A DNA stretch of 64,000 nucleotides from Meyerozyma guilliermondii (taxonomy: Eukaryota). The position numbers were made by a program, and so were the translations under genes. The notes below the pieces were generated by a model. It saw only the letters and a program-made list of their open reading frames with translations. It was not told where the DNA came from and searched no databases. This document shows positions 10,083 to 19,703 of the stretch, in pieces. Location: contig CP128815.1 of assembly GCA_051546255.1 (NCBI GenBank), positions 62,001-126,000 of the forward strand, written 5' to 3'. How positions within the stretch are numbered: the first letter of the stretch is position 1; each line of letters begins with the position of its first letter.

Positions 10083-11552
10083 TCAAGAAGGCATCATTAC
10101 AAGTAGTTCATCGTCTCCACCTTTGGGAAACTGAACCCGATTACGAATCGGTTCCTCTTGCAGTGTGTCATTATCCTGCTGGACGCTGTGCTTGTATTGT
10201 GGTTTCTCCCACTTGTTGTGATCCTTCTCATAATCCCAGTACTTTTTAACTTCTGTATCTGGCTTATTTGGTTCCACAAGTTCATCATCTGCTATAGTCT
10301 CAGATGGTGTTTCAGTATCGTCAGCTACCCATTTTTCAACCATAGTCACCTTTCCATCTCTTATCACCATTTCAACTGCCTTTTTTCCTCGACCCTTTCT
10401 CGAGGCTTCAATTTGTTCGTATTTCCTCAAATTCTTCTGCTGCTTTTTCAAGTGAAGAGCACGCTCCACGGGAGAAAGCCATATACTTCCACTGTTCGAG
10501 AGAGTTGGCATTTCAAAGTCAGAAGCGTTGTCGATGATTTTGGTCCTTTCAGCACCAGTTGCCTGAAAGTCTAGCAACGATTCAAGACGATTCTGGGCAT
10601 TTATAAGATCAGCATCCACATCTTTTTCTGAAGCGTACCGTTCAAGTTCTTTTTCTTGAGCCTCAATTTCACGCTGGTGCTGCTCGTCTTCTTCTTTGTC
10701 CTTCTTCTCCTTCTTGCGGGCTTCCTCGGCTTCTTTCAATGCTCTGTCTTGTGCTTTCCACATATTTTCACCTGCTCTCATTTGAACCACAATCTTCTTT
10801 TTACGTTGAGCTGGAGATTCCTGTTGCTGTACTGCTTTGTCGCGAACCTTCTCCTGCTTCTTTTCCACAGAATCTCGTTCCTGTTTCAAAATCTCTATGA
10901 TTTCTTGTTTGTCTTTTGGGCTTAAGAGCTCTTGGCCGCAGTAAGAACACGGTTGCAAACCTTCCTTTTCACATATGATTTTGCCGCAGTTGAGACAGTT
11001 GGGAGCCACCTCGAATAATGGGTGCCTGGTGGCCATGCAATTACATCTCCGAACCACTCCTTTCAAAATTTCATCCTTTCCCGATGCAGATTCAAGTTCG
11101 TTAAGCGCAGCTTCAACGTCTTTCAAATTGTTCAAATTCTTCTTTTTGCCTCTTTTCGCCTGCTGGGCAGAAAGCTGGTTCGATGGTTTCAATGAAAGTA
11201 GTTCAGACGTGGTGGCTGATGTAGTATTGTTTGCTAGTCGTCCTCTGCTCTGTTTCGGTGTCTCTGGTTCCGATTGTCCCCAAACCCCGGCTTTCTCATT
11301 CTTTTTCTGTGACTTCGGTTCTACGCTTACCTTCTTTCTTAATGAATCCTCCTCTTGCTTGAGCGAAAAGTATGTCTCAATGAATCGAAGTACATTTTCG
11401 GAGTCTCCAAGAATATTGAAAAAGTACGATTGTATCTCGTCTTCGCTCTGAAGGTTCAAGGAGTACTCAACCATCTCGTTGCATGTTTCCTTGTCAAAGC
11501 CAAGGGTATTCCCTATGAAATTGGCCGCATAGCTCTTTAGTTTGGTGTACAT
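10083..11552 (-). CDS. RQT4: RQC trigger complex subunit Rqt4 (ASC-1/TRIP4-type C2HC5 zinc finger)
   Basis: CNCMATRHPLFEVAPNCLNCGKIICEKEG.QPCSYCG; ERTKIIDNASDF; IWLSPVERAL. Confidence 0.88.
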   Translation of the reverse strand: MYTKLKSYAANFIGNTLGFDKETCNEMVEYSLNLQSEDEIQSYFFNILGDSENVLRFIETYFSLKQEEDSLRKKVSVEPKSQKKNEKAGVWGQSEPETPKQSRGRLANNTTSATTSELLSLKPSNQLSAQQAKRGKKKNLNNLKDVEAALNELESASGKDEILKGVVRRCNCMATRHPLFEVAPNCLNCGKIICEKEGLQPCSYCGQELLSPKDKQEIIEILKQERDSVEKKQEKVRDKAVQQQESPAQRKKKIVVQMRAGENMWKAQDRALKEAEEARKKEKKDKEEDEQHQREIEAQEKELERYASEKDVDADLINAQNRLESLLDFQATGAERTKIIDNASDFEMPTLSNSGSIWLSPVERALHLKKQQKNLRKYEQIEASRKGRGKKAVEMVIRDGKVTMVEKWVADDTETPSETIADDELVEPNKPDTEVKKYWDYEKDHNKWEKPQYKHSVQQDNDTLQEEPIRNRVQFPKGGDDELLVMMPS

Positions 11553-11642
11553 TGGTGAACCACAAGAAATGAGTAACCTTGTTTAGTTGTGGGTGTTTGG
11601 GCGCCATCCGCTTTCGAACCTTCAACACTTTGATGTTGTCTC

Positions 11643-12914
11643 ATGTCCGATCCGGAAGAACTCAAGGCAAAATACGCAGAGATAGCGTGGCTCAAGAAGC
11701 AAATCGAGGAGAAGAAGGCCGCTCGAGGCCGCAGAAGTGATAAAAATGGAATATCCAAGCCTAGTCGAAAACAATTTCCAACTCCACAAATCAACTTGAA
11801 ACCTCTAAAAGTGGATTCTGGCGATGAAAATTACATATCGAGCACCACAAGTCGTGGGATGACTCTTGTGAACACAAATATCTACGAACGAGAACAAAAA
11901 CTGCAGTTGCTCAAGGCTGAAGCTGCCCGAAAATTGCAAATAGAAGCACAGGAGCGAAATCGACAACGGAAATGGAAACCTCGAATCGACAAAAATAAAA
12001 CTAAAACAGACCATTGCGACAGAATTGCTATCTCAGACCAGATATTTGCCGTGTGTGGTGGCGGCAATAAACTCGTACCTCTAACAGTACCACCTCCGGA
12101 CTCAGAGGGCCAAATCATCATGTGGAACTCTATCAAGTATATTCGCAAAAAAAACGGCACATTTCGCCGAGTGGGCAAATCTGCAGAGTATGTATTTTCA
12201 TCAAGTCAAAGTGGTAATACTAACGTTAGCACCAGCGAAGATTGTCGCTACTACACCCGAATAGGTAAGTACCTCCCGAATCACATTTCTTTGGCACTTC
12301 TAACTTCAGGAATATGCAAAAAAAGTTCTCATTGCAAGTATTTGCACGATCCAAGTCACATTCGGGCTTGTCGTCAATACCTACAAAACAAGTGTACCAA
12401 TACAAATTGTCTTCTAAACCACGAACCTGATGAACACAATACCCCAATTTGTAAGTATTATAAGCAGGGCAGCTGCACCAGTCCCAACTGCCATTTTTTG
12501 CACAGTGAAAAGCCACAAGATCCAGATCTGTACATATGTTTGTGTCGACCATTTTCTGTTGGAGGGTGGTGTCCTCGAGGCCTTAAATGTCCGTTCCGCC
12601 ATGATTTCGAATGTCCTGATTTTGAAGAGTCGGGAACTTGTCCTCGAGGTTTTTCATGTTTCTTGGCACATCCAGTGACCAAGCGGACCCAGCAAATAAT
12701 GGCGACCAAGACGGACGATGATGTGGTGATTGACAACGAAAAACCTACAATAAGTAGTTTTACCGTTGATCCTCTGCAACTCTTCGTCACCACAAATGGA
12801 TTATACGATATGTATGTCGATGAAAAAGAACCAAAACAAGATAATAAGTTCATGATCAACTTGGAAAGCGACTCGGATGACCTAGAGGACAACAACGACT
12901 ACGTTAGTGTATAA
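11643..12914 (+). CDS. Five-CCCH zinc finger protein, ZC3H3/Red5-like; predicted exons 11643-12187, 12230-12264, 12310-12914
   Basis: After removing two introns the first finger reads CRYYTRIGICKKSSHCKYLH (C-x8-C-x5-C-x3-H), followed by four more CCCH fingers ending CPDFEESGTCPRGFSCFLAH. Confidence 0.75.
   Translation: MSDPEELKAKYAEIAWLKKQIEEKKAARGRRSDKNGISKPSRKQFPTPQINLKPLKVDSGDENYISSTTSRGMTLVNTNIYEREQKLQLLKAEAARKLQIEAQERNRQRKWKPRIDKNKTKTDHCDRIAISDQIFAVCGGGNKLVPLTVPPPDSEGQIIMWNSIKYIRKKNGTFRRVGKSAEYVFSSSQSGNTNVSTSEDCRYYTRIGKYLPNHISLALLTSGICKKSSHCKYLHDPSHIRACRQYLQNKCTNTNCLLNHEPDEHNTPICKYYKQGSCTSPNCHFLHSEKPQDPDLYICLCRPFSVGGWCPRGLKCPFRHDFECPDFEESGTCPRGFSCFLAHPVTKRTQQIMATKTDDDVVIDNEKPTISSFTVDPLQLFVTTNGLYDMYVDEKEPKQDNKFMINLESDSDDLEDNNDYVSV
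12188..12229 (+). other. Spliceosomal intron, 42 nt, stop-free and frame-preserving
   Basis: GTATGT donor 12188-12193, TACTAAC branch point 12218-12224, TAG acceptor 12227-12229 (alternative in-frame CAG at 12233-12235). Confidence 0.85.
12265..12309 (+). other. Spliceosomal intron, 45 nt, stop-free and frame-preserving
   Basis: GTAAGT donor 12265-12270, TTCTAAC branch point 12298-12304, CAG acceptor 12307-12309; removal restores CCCH spacing. Confidence 0.88.
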
Positions 12915-13098
12915 TATATAGAGCTGTAGTAATATACATCTTCCCTGAATTGGCTGCAAATTTGTCCAGGCGGGGCTGCTCCTGCATGGTGCGCGCCGCC
13001 GATCGCCTGGGATGGTTGCAAAAAATTATGTGGGACTCTCGCTCCTCACAAACGCACTTGAACAAGTGATTGTTTTGTTCATGTTTTCACATACGGCA

Positions 13099-14640
13099 AT
13101 GGGAATCACTGAAATGTGGAAACCATCAAAAATGTTACCACAGCGTTCAAACTTGCACGACAAAACTCCTCCTGACGTCAATAAACCTCCTCCAACTATT
13201 CCTTTGAAATCCCTCGAAAATGACTATAAAATGATCAGCAGACTCGGGGACGGTGGTTTTGGAATAGTCCGCTTAGCCAAGTATCGCCATGACAAGTCGA
13301 ACCTTTTGCAGCTGGCAAAGAGAGGTACGCTCACGGACGTTGGTGATGGCTCTAACGTGAATTTGTCCCCTTTGGTAGCTATCAAAACCATGAATGCAAG
13401 ACTCCCAAAACTCGAACATTACACTCGAGTTAAGGAGGTGCAATTTATCCAGGCAATGCCGGCGCACATAAACCTTCTTCACATCTACGAAGTGTTTATC
13501 GATACATCACAGTACTGTCTTCACTTTTCCATGGAATGCATGGATCAAACCTTGTACGGCCTCATGAGAAGCAGAGGTGGCAAGCGCTTCACCGCTAGTA
13601 CTGTGCGGTCGATACTTTGGCAACTTCTTTCGGCTATTTCTCATATCCATGACCACGGCTATTTCCACCGCGACATCAAACCACAAAATATTCTCATTTC
13701 TTCAATGCTGCAGTATTACGGAGGGATTGATTCTGTTCCTCCAGGTAGCCGTGACCAAAAGTATATGGTGAAGCTTGCTGATTATGGACTTGCTCGTCAT
13801 GTGGAAAATTGCAAGGATTTCACCACCTACATTTCAACTCGGTGGTACAGAGCACCAGAGATGCTTTTGCGTAGAAAATGGCACTCTACACCCGTTGACA
13901 TCTGGGCATTTGGAACCGTGGCAGCAGAAGTTGCAAAAGTGACACCGTTGTTTCCAGGCGCAAACGAAATTGATCAAATTTGGAGAATATTCAAGGTCCT
14001 TGGTAACCCGGCACCTCCAAAGAATATTCAAGCAAGACCATTCCCAGTCGGTGGATATTGGGTTGAGGGGCAGTTGTTGGCGGGCAAATGCGGCTACAGC
14101 TTTCCTGAAGGTACTGGTATTCCAATCGATGAATTCATACCCCATAGCTACCCCTTTTTGTGCGACATGATTCGAATTTGCTTAAGATGGAATCCAGAAA
14201 CCAGACCCATCGCGAGTGAGCTCTATGATCAGTCATACTTTATGTATACACCCGAGAAGAAAGCGATGGAGACGTCTCTTTTCAAAAGATCAGGAAATGT
14301 TTCTTTGTTGTCAGCGACTGCAAAAGAGAGTGTTGATCATTCCAACATTTCACCCATTGAAACATACGACTTTTACAAGGTGCCACCAGATCTTGAGGCA
14401 GACATGGATAACTATGGATACATGGATCTGGGAAATAATAAGGAAAACTTGGGACCCTACGACATTGAGGTGGATGAGAGTCAAATTGCTTGCCAAAGTC
14501 CTAGAACCGATCACACAAATAACCTTGAAATCGATGAAGCCATGAACCCTTTGAACCCTAATCAGCTCAAGGGTGCCTCTTCAGAGGGTACGTTCTCCTT
14601 TTCGGGATCTTGTGTCAGCTTGGCCCAACTTATGGGATAA
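13099..14640 (+). CDS. IME2: Ime2-family Ser/Thr kinase (meiotic); start codon uncertain (13012/13081/13099/13114)
   Basis: LGDGGFG, VAIKTM..L..YTRVKEVQFI, HGYFHRDIKPQN, KLADYGLARH, FTTYISTRWYRAPE (TxY activation loop). Confidence 0.85.
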   Translation: MGITEMWKPSKMLPQRSNLHDKTPPDVNKPPPTIPLKSLENDYKMISRLGDGGFGIVRLAKYRHDKSNLLQLAKRGTLTDVGDGSNVNLSPLVAIKTMNARLPKLEHYTRVKEVQFIQAMPAHINLLHIYEVFIDTSQYCLHFSMECMDQTLYGLMRSRGGKRFTASTVRSILWQLLSAISHIHDHGYFHRDIKPQNILISSMLQYYGGIDSVPPGSRDQKYMVKLADYGLARHVENCKDFTTYISTRWYRAPEMLLRRKWHSTPVDIWAFGTVAAEVAKVTPLFPGANEIDQIWRIFKVLGNPAPPKNIQARPFPVGGYWVEGQLLAGKCGYSFPEGTGIPIDEFIPHSYPFLCDMIRICLRWNPETRPIASELYDQSYFMYTPEKKAMETSLFKRSGNVSLLSATAKESVDHSNISPIETYDFYKVPPDLEADMDNYGYMDLGNNKENLGPYDIEVDESQIACQSPRTDHTNNLEIDEAMNPLNPNQLKGASSEGTFSFSGSCVSLAQLMG

Positions 14641-14774
14641 AGTCTCGCATTATTTTTTCTGCTAGCCACTTAGCTATTGATATGCGGTGTTTGGATGTTA
14701 CCCCACGCTAAGATTTTGCACGATTGTGACCCAATTTTTTTGGTCACAGCTGGCGGATACCACGTACAGCTCAA

Positions 14775-15805
14775 ATGTGCATCCTTCTCTCGTCTACAGA
14801 GCATCCTGAATATCCTTTCGTGCTACTCTCCAACCGTGACGAGTACTATCGGCGACCCACAGAACCGGCTAATCTAAGATCTTATGATGGCTTCGATATA
14901 GTTTCGCCGCTCGACCTAGGTCGTCCAGAACACGGAACCTGGATCGGAATTTCCAGCAAGGGAAAGATAGCTGTTTTGGTGAATTATAGGGAGGATGATG
15001 AAAGTAGTAAGTACACCTTCCACCCTTTTTGTCCACAATCTTGACACCAACTAACAAAGGCATTGTAAGCGAGGTTTCTCGAGGAATTTTGCCGATTGAC
15101 TATCTAATGTCACAAAAATCTGAAGAAGAATGGCTAGAAAATATAGAAGTTTCATTAGCTGAGCGCACTCCCCAACTTGGAGTTAAAGAGGTGAGTTTGC
15201 GAAGAATAGGAGGGTTCTCTTTGTTGTACGGGCACTTGAGATTATCTTCGTCAAAGCAGATTGAGCCTCTACACATTCTAAGTAATCGCGGTGACCGTGG
15301 TATGGTGCATGCTAGAGGATCTGATGTAGCAGGCTCAGAATTGCGGTTTACAAATCGTGAAGAAATATCGAGCCAGACCACTTTTGGGCTCTCAAACTCC
15401 TTGTACTATAACCCATGGAAGAAGGTGGAGTTGGGGAGGAAACTTTTGCTGCTGGCAGTTGAAAGATCGGTAGCGGAGGGGAGCAGTATGGAATATTTCG
15501 TGGATCAATGCTTTGAAGTTTTGAGTCATAATACCTACAGTGAGGAAGTACGCCAAGGAAAGGAGACAGCCAAAAAGTTCAAGGAGTTGCAGAACTCAAT
15601 CTTTATTCCTCCCATCGAAACTGGCGAGGTAAGTGATGCCAATCGTAGCTCCAGAACCATCGGAAGGTATTATGGCACAAGGACTCAAACAGTCATTTTG
15701 TTACGCCGTGATGGAAAGTTGTTTTATTGCGAGCGCAACTTGCACAAGTCTGACGATTTGCTGGAAGCTCCTGTAACCAACAAGTACTCGTTTGATCTAC
15801 AATAG
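14775..15805 (+). CDS. TANGO2/NRDE-domain protein (YGR127W-like); exons 14775-15006 and 15060-15805
   Basis: MCIL...SNRDEYYRRPT, GTWIG, NYRE in ORF1; SRG, FGLSNS..PWKKV, YGTRTQTVIL in ORF2; the intron joins the two frames exactly. Confidence 0.9.
15007..15059 (+). other. Spliceosomal intron, 53 nt
   Basis: GTAAGT 15007-15012, AACTAAC 15049-15055, AAG acceptor 15057-15059; the splice gives A|GC (Ser) and restores frame. Confidence 0.88.
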
Positions 15806-15905
15806 CAATTAGGCAGCTATAATGGCATGAAGGTGAGATTATAGCTGTGAAAAAATAAAATCGTGCGAAAACGATCGCAACTACACCGTTGCCCTCCTAT
15901 TAATC

Positions 15906-16841
15906 ATGGATAGTCTTAGTACATACCAAGGGCTTCCGCATACCACCGTGTTGCATCGACCAGCCTTAAAAGATCAAGAAGGGGTGCTTATACTTATACC
16001 TGGAAATCCGGGACTTGTAGAGTTCTACATCACCTACCTTGATGAAATTCAAAAGCATAGACCCGAGTTAGAAATATATGCTGTATCGCACGCCGGGTTT
16101 TCTACTACAGAACCGCTTGATTCTACTGTGGAATACTATCCATTGAGCTACCAAATACAGCACAAATGTGATTTCATAACTCAAATTGCAGAAAAGTCCA
16201 ACCATGAAAAAGTTCCAATATACTTATTAGCACATTCTATGGGAGCATATGTTCTCCAAAATGTTGCCAAGAGACTCTCGGACAACCCCAAGATTGACTT
16301 TCGTTTCGCCGGACTTATATGTCCTACTATCATGGACATAGCGAGCAGCGGCTCAGGTGAGCTAGTCACACGAATTAGGGCAAAAGTACCTGTAGTGCAA
16401 CCGGTAGTTGCCGTTGCTAGCTTTTTGAGGCTGGTACTTCCCACATCTCTTGCTCGAGGATTGGTGCAAGCAACAGTCAAAAAAGGTAAATCTGAAGAGG
16501 GCTATAGATATGCCATTGAAGCATGCTGGAAATTATTTTCGTCACCACGCCTTATTAAACAAGCTCTCGAGATGGCAATGGAAGAAATGGACCAAATTAA
16601 ACACGACAGGCCCTTACAAGATTGGTTTTTCAACACCTTTCTGAAAAAGTGTCTGATTTGGGGTTTCTTTGCAGCGACCGACCATTGGGTCGCAGACAGT
16701 ACCCGAGCCTCGATTCTCGAGTACAGTCAGAAAAATGTCCGTTTCCAAGTGGAAACGCTTCCTGATATTTCCCACAGCTTCTGCGTTGACCAAAGTGTCG
16801 AATTTGCAGCCGTGACCCTCGAGGCTATGGCCAGTAAGTAA
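15906..16841 (+). CDS. Lipid droplet-associated alpha/beta hydrolase (LDAH/YPR147C-like)
   Basis: IPGNPGLVEFY, SHAGF, QIQHK, AHSMGAY nucleophile elbow, D.WV, HSFC. Confidence 0.85.
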   Translation: MDSLSTYQGLPHTTVLHRPALKDQEGVLILIPGNPGLVEFYITYLDEIQKHRPELEIYAVSHAGFSTTEPLDSTVEYYPLSYQIQHKCDFITQIAEKSNHEKVPIYLLAHSMGAYVLQNVAKRLSDNPKIDFRFAGLICPTIMDIASSGSGELVTRIRAKVPVVQPVVAVASFLRLVLPTSLARGLVQATVKKGKSEEGYRYAIEACWKLFSSPRLIKQALEMAMEEMDQIKHDRPLQDWFFNTFLKKCLIWGFFAATDHWVADSTRASILEYSQKNVRFQVETLPDISHSFCVDQSVEFAAVTLEAMASK

Positions 16842-16870
16842 TTTGGTGGTGGTACTGCATGTAGTGGTGG

Positions 16871-16899
16871 GCGATGAGGTTTATTTGTGCCCTCATCGC
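16871..16899. promoter_or_regulatory. Two inverted PAC elements upstream of HMT1
   Basis: GCGATGAGG-N11-CCTCATCGC. Confidence 0.55.
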
Positions 16900-16913
16900 G
16901 ATTTTGCAAGATA

Positions 16914-17942
16914 ATGTCATCAGCTCGTGGGCCATCTCAGGCCGCCAATGCCGCTTCTGCGACAGACAAGGCCACTTTAGCGTTCACCGAGCAGCATTAT
17001 TTCTCCTCGTATGACCATTTTGGTATCCATGAGGAAATGTTGAAAGATACTTCGAGAACGTTGTCGTACAGAAGTGCCATGTTCAAGAACAGACATTTGT
17101 TCAAAGACAAGGTGGTGTTGGACGTTGGTTGCGGAACGGGAATTCTCTCGATGTTTGCTGCGAAGGCCGGCGCCAAGCATGTGTATGCTGTGGACATGTC
17201 TAACATCATTGAGAAGGCTCGTGAGATCGTCAACCTCAATGGATTTGAGGGCCAAATTACATTACTTCAAGGTAAATTGGAGGACATTGAATTGCCCGTA
17301 GACAAAGTTGACATTATCGTTTCCGAGTGGATGGGATACTTTTTGTTGTACGAATCCATGTTGGATACTGTGTTGTATGCTCGTGACAAATACTTGGTGG
17401 AAGGAGGATTAATCTTACCAGACAAGTGTTCCATGTACATTGCAGGAATTGAAGATGGTCAGTACAAGGATGAGAAAATCCACTTTTGGGAAGATGTTTA
17501 TGGGTTTGACTACTCGCCCTTCATCGAAGTGGCCATGGCCGAGCCATTGGTCGACACCGTTGACAACAAGCTGTTAGTTACTGAACCATACAAATTTTTT
17601 GAGTTTGATATCAATACCGTCACCAAAGAGGGATTGAGTTTCCAACGGCAATTCGAGCTTCGTGCCATTGACACCGACCTTTGTCATGCCTACATTGTGT
17701 GGTTTGACTGTGATTTCCCCGGCGACGAAACCGTTACCCTTTCGACTGGGCCAATGAGCCCATACACCCACTGGAAACAGACGGTTATGTATATGGATCA
17801 GGTGCTCGATGTCAAGAAAAACGACGTCATTAAGGGTCAAATCGCATCGCGTCCCAACAGCAAGAATCCCCGTGAGGTGGATATAGAAATTATGTGGGAG
17901 TTGCGTGACCAAAAGGGAAAATACAACTACTTCATGAGATAG
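16914..17942 (+). CDS. HMT1: Type I protein arginine methyltransferase (PRMT1)
   Basis: YFSSYDHFGIHEEMLKD, VLDVGCGTGILS, SEWMGYFLLYESM, THWKQT; first ATG at 16914. Confidence 0.97.
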   Translation: MSSARGPSQAANAASATDKATLAFTEQHYFSSYDHFGIHEEMLKDTSRTLSYRSAMFKNRHLFKDKVVLDVGCGTGILSMFAAKAGAKHVYAVDMSNIIEKAREIVNLNGFEGQITLLQGKLEDIELPVDKVDIIVSEWMGYFLLYESMLDTVLYARDKYLVEGGLILPDKCSMYIAGIEDGQYKDEKIHFWEDVYGFDYSPFIEVAMAEPLVDTVDNKLLVTEPYKFFEFDINTVTKEGLSFQRQFELRAIDTDLCHAYIVWFDCDFPGDETVTLSTGPMSPYTHWKQTVMYMDQVLDVKKNDVIKGQIASRPNSKNPREVDIEIMWELRDQKGKYNYFMR

Positions 17943-18024
17943 CTTAGAAATCAAACATCTTTACCGATGGTGCGGCTCATCGCCTGTCCGCCGCAACGAC
18001 TGTACAGAAACTTGCCAATTGATC

Positions 18025-18492
18025 ATGCTCAAGTACTTCGCCCGATCTGTACGACCATTAACATATATAAATCGCAGAACCTTCAATACATCGCTAGTTA
18101 TGAGTATTCCCAAGACAGACGAAGAATGGCGAGCGGTGCTCTCACCGGAGCAATTTAGAGTGCTCAGACAGCAGGGAACTGAGATGCCCCATAGTGGAGA
18201 ATATACAGATACCCCACTGTCTGAAGGGACCTATGTGTGTGCTGGGTGCCAGCTGCCGCTTTACCTGGCGAAAACGAAATTCAAGTCGCACTGCGGATGG
18301 CCGGCTTTTTATGAGGCGATTCCAGGTGCCATCACTACATTGAAAGACCAAAGTCATGGAATGGTAAGAGAAGAGATGAGGTGTGCCAAATGCGATGGAC
18401 ATCTTGGGCACATTTTCAGAGGCGAGGGATACAATACCCCGACCGATGCCAGACACTGTGTGAACAGTATTTCACTCAAGTTCAAGAAATAG
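18025..18492 (+). CDS. MXR2: Methionine-R-sulfoxide reductase MsrB with putative mitochondrial presequence
   Basis: EWRAVLSPEQFRVLR..GTE, CAGC, CGWPAF, CAKCDGHLGHIF, RHCVNSISL. Confidence 0.95.
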   Translation: MLKYFARSVRPLTYINRRTFNTSLVMSIPKTDEEWRAVLSPEQFRVLRQQGTEMPHSGEYTDTPLSEGTYVCAGCQLPLYLAKTKFKSHCGWPAFYEAIPGAITTLKDQSHGMVREEMRCAKCDGHLGHIFRGEGYNTPTDARHCVNSISLKFKK

Positions 18493-18509
18493 CTAAATTA
18501 ACAGTAGTA

Positions 18510-19451
18510 TCAAATAAGACCAGGAACAATTATCTTTCTTCTGAGTTTCTTGTACTCGTCGCCAAACGTCCGCAAATACTTCTTATGTCTCTGTACTGCC
18601 CACAAGTACATCTGGCCGGTTGCGACGGCCCAGAATACCCAGGTGGTCCAGTTTCCAACTAAAAGTGCGTATGCCAACCATGAAACCGACTCAAAAAAGT
18701 AGTGGGGACACGAGACCCATGTGAACCCAAACCCAAATGGAATGGTGTACCTCTTGGTTGCTCCAGGTTCCAGTCTCAACTTGCTTAATGTCTGGTGGGC
18801 GACGTAGTTGCTAGACTCGGCAAGAAGCCAAATCAACGCCAACGCATAAACCATTGGGGGGTTGTGGTCGTTTACGTGCAAAAGCAAACGCTTCCAGGTC
18901 TCCTTAGATTGAACCTTGGGATGGTAAATACTCAAGGCAATGTTGGTTCCCGACAAAAACCAGTAGTGACTCGAGTTCTTAAACAAGTTGAAAGCAGGCA
19001 TGGTATCGTTGGAGAAATGGTGAACATAAATCGTTTCGTACTCACGCTTGATAAAGTGCAACGTTGCAAGAATTAAAGCAAACGTTTGTGTCTGAGTATA
19101 GTGAAAATCACCCCAAATGTTAGGTGCCAACAAATACCAAAGAGGATGGAAAATAAGTGGTCCAAGATATTCCAATATGTAAACAGTTCTCCACCCCAAC
19201 TGAGGACCTAAGTCTTTCACATACAAAGTTGCGGTTTTTCCAGAAATCCCATTGGCTCCAAAAGAAGTTTCCTTATTCAAAGGGACGTGTTTGCCTTTGT
19301 CATCCAAGGTGGTGATCCGCAATCTATTTGCCTTGATTTTGTTTTTTTCACTCAATTGATCAACCAACACACTGACATTGTTCTTAGCAACAAGATCCGT
19401 CTCAAAATCCTTGATGGATCTCGACCGAGACTTTACAGTAATGGCCACCAT
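18510..19451 (-). CDS. TSC13: Very-long-chain enoyl-CoA reductase
   Basis: N-terminal ubiquitin-like part, VKDLGPQLGWRTVYILEYLGP, HFIKREYET..HHFS..TMP..NLFKNSSHYW, SCPHYFFE; first ATG at 19451. Confidence 0.93.
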   Translation of the reverse strand: MVAITVKSRSRSIKDFETDLVAKNNVSVLVDQLSEKNKIKANRLRITTLDDKGKHVPLNKETSFGANGISGKTATLYVKDLGPQLGWRTVYILEYLGPLIFHPLWYLLAPNIWGDFHYTQTQTFALILATLHFIKREYETIYVHHFSNDTMPAFNLFKNSSHYWFLSGTNIALSIYHPKVQSKETWKRLLLHVNDHNPPMVYALALIWLLAESSNYVAHQTLSKLRLEPGATKRYTIPFGFGFTWVSCPHYFFESVSWLAYALLVGNWTTWVFWAVATGQMYLWAVQRHKKYLRTFGDEYKKLRRKIIVPGLI

Positions 19452-19696
19452 TGTAGAAGAAACGATCGAGTCGCAACTTAAGAAGGGCCCGGTGCATGGG
19501 TGCAAATTTCGGAGAACTACAAATGGAGGCTGAAAGCAAGAGAAAAGCGAGAGAAGAGCGAGAAAGTGAGATGAGAGCAGTAAAAGGTCAGCAAACTTAA
19601 AGAAATCTATCTCATTCTGAACCAATTTGAAGATTTTGAAAAATACCTACCAATTTCAGGAACGGATGTTAATGACTATAATTATTGCTCACCACT

Positions 19697-19703
19697 TGAC
19701 TCA
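19697..19703. promoter_or_regulatory. Gcn4/AP-1-type site in the TSC13/MBF1 divergent promoter
   Basis: Perfect TGACTCA; a second variant TGAGTAA at 19826-19832. Confidence 0.45.
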
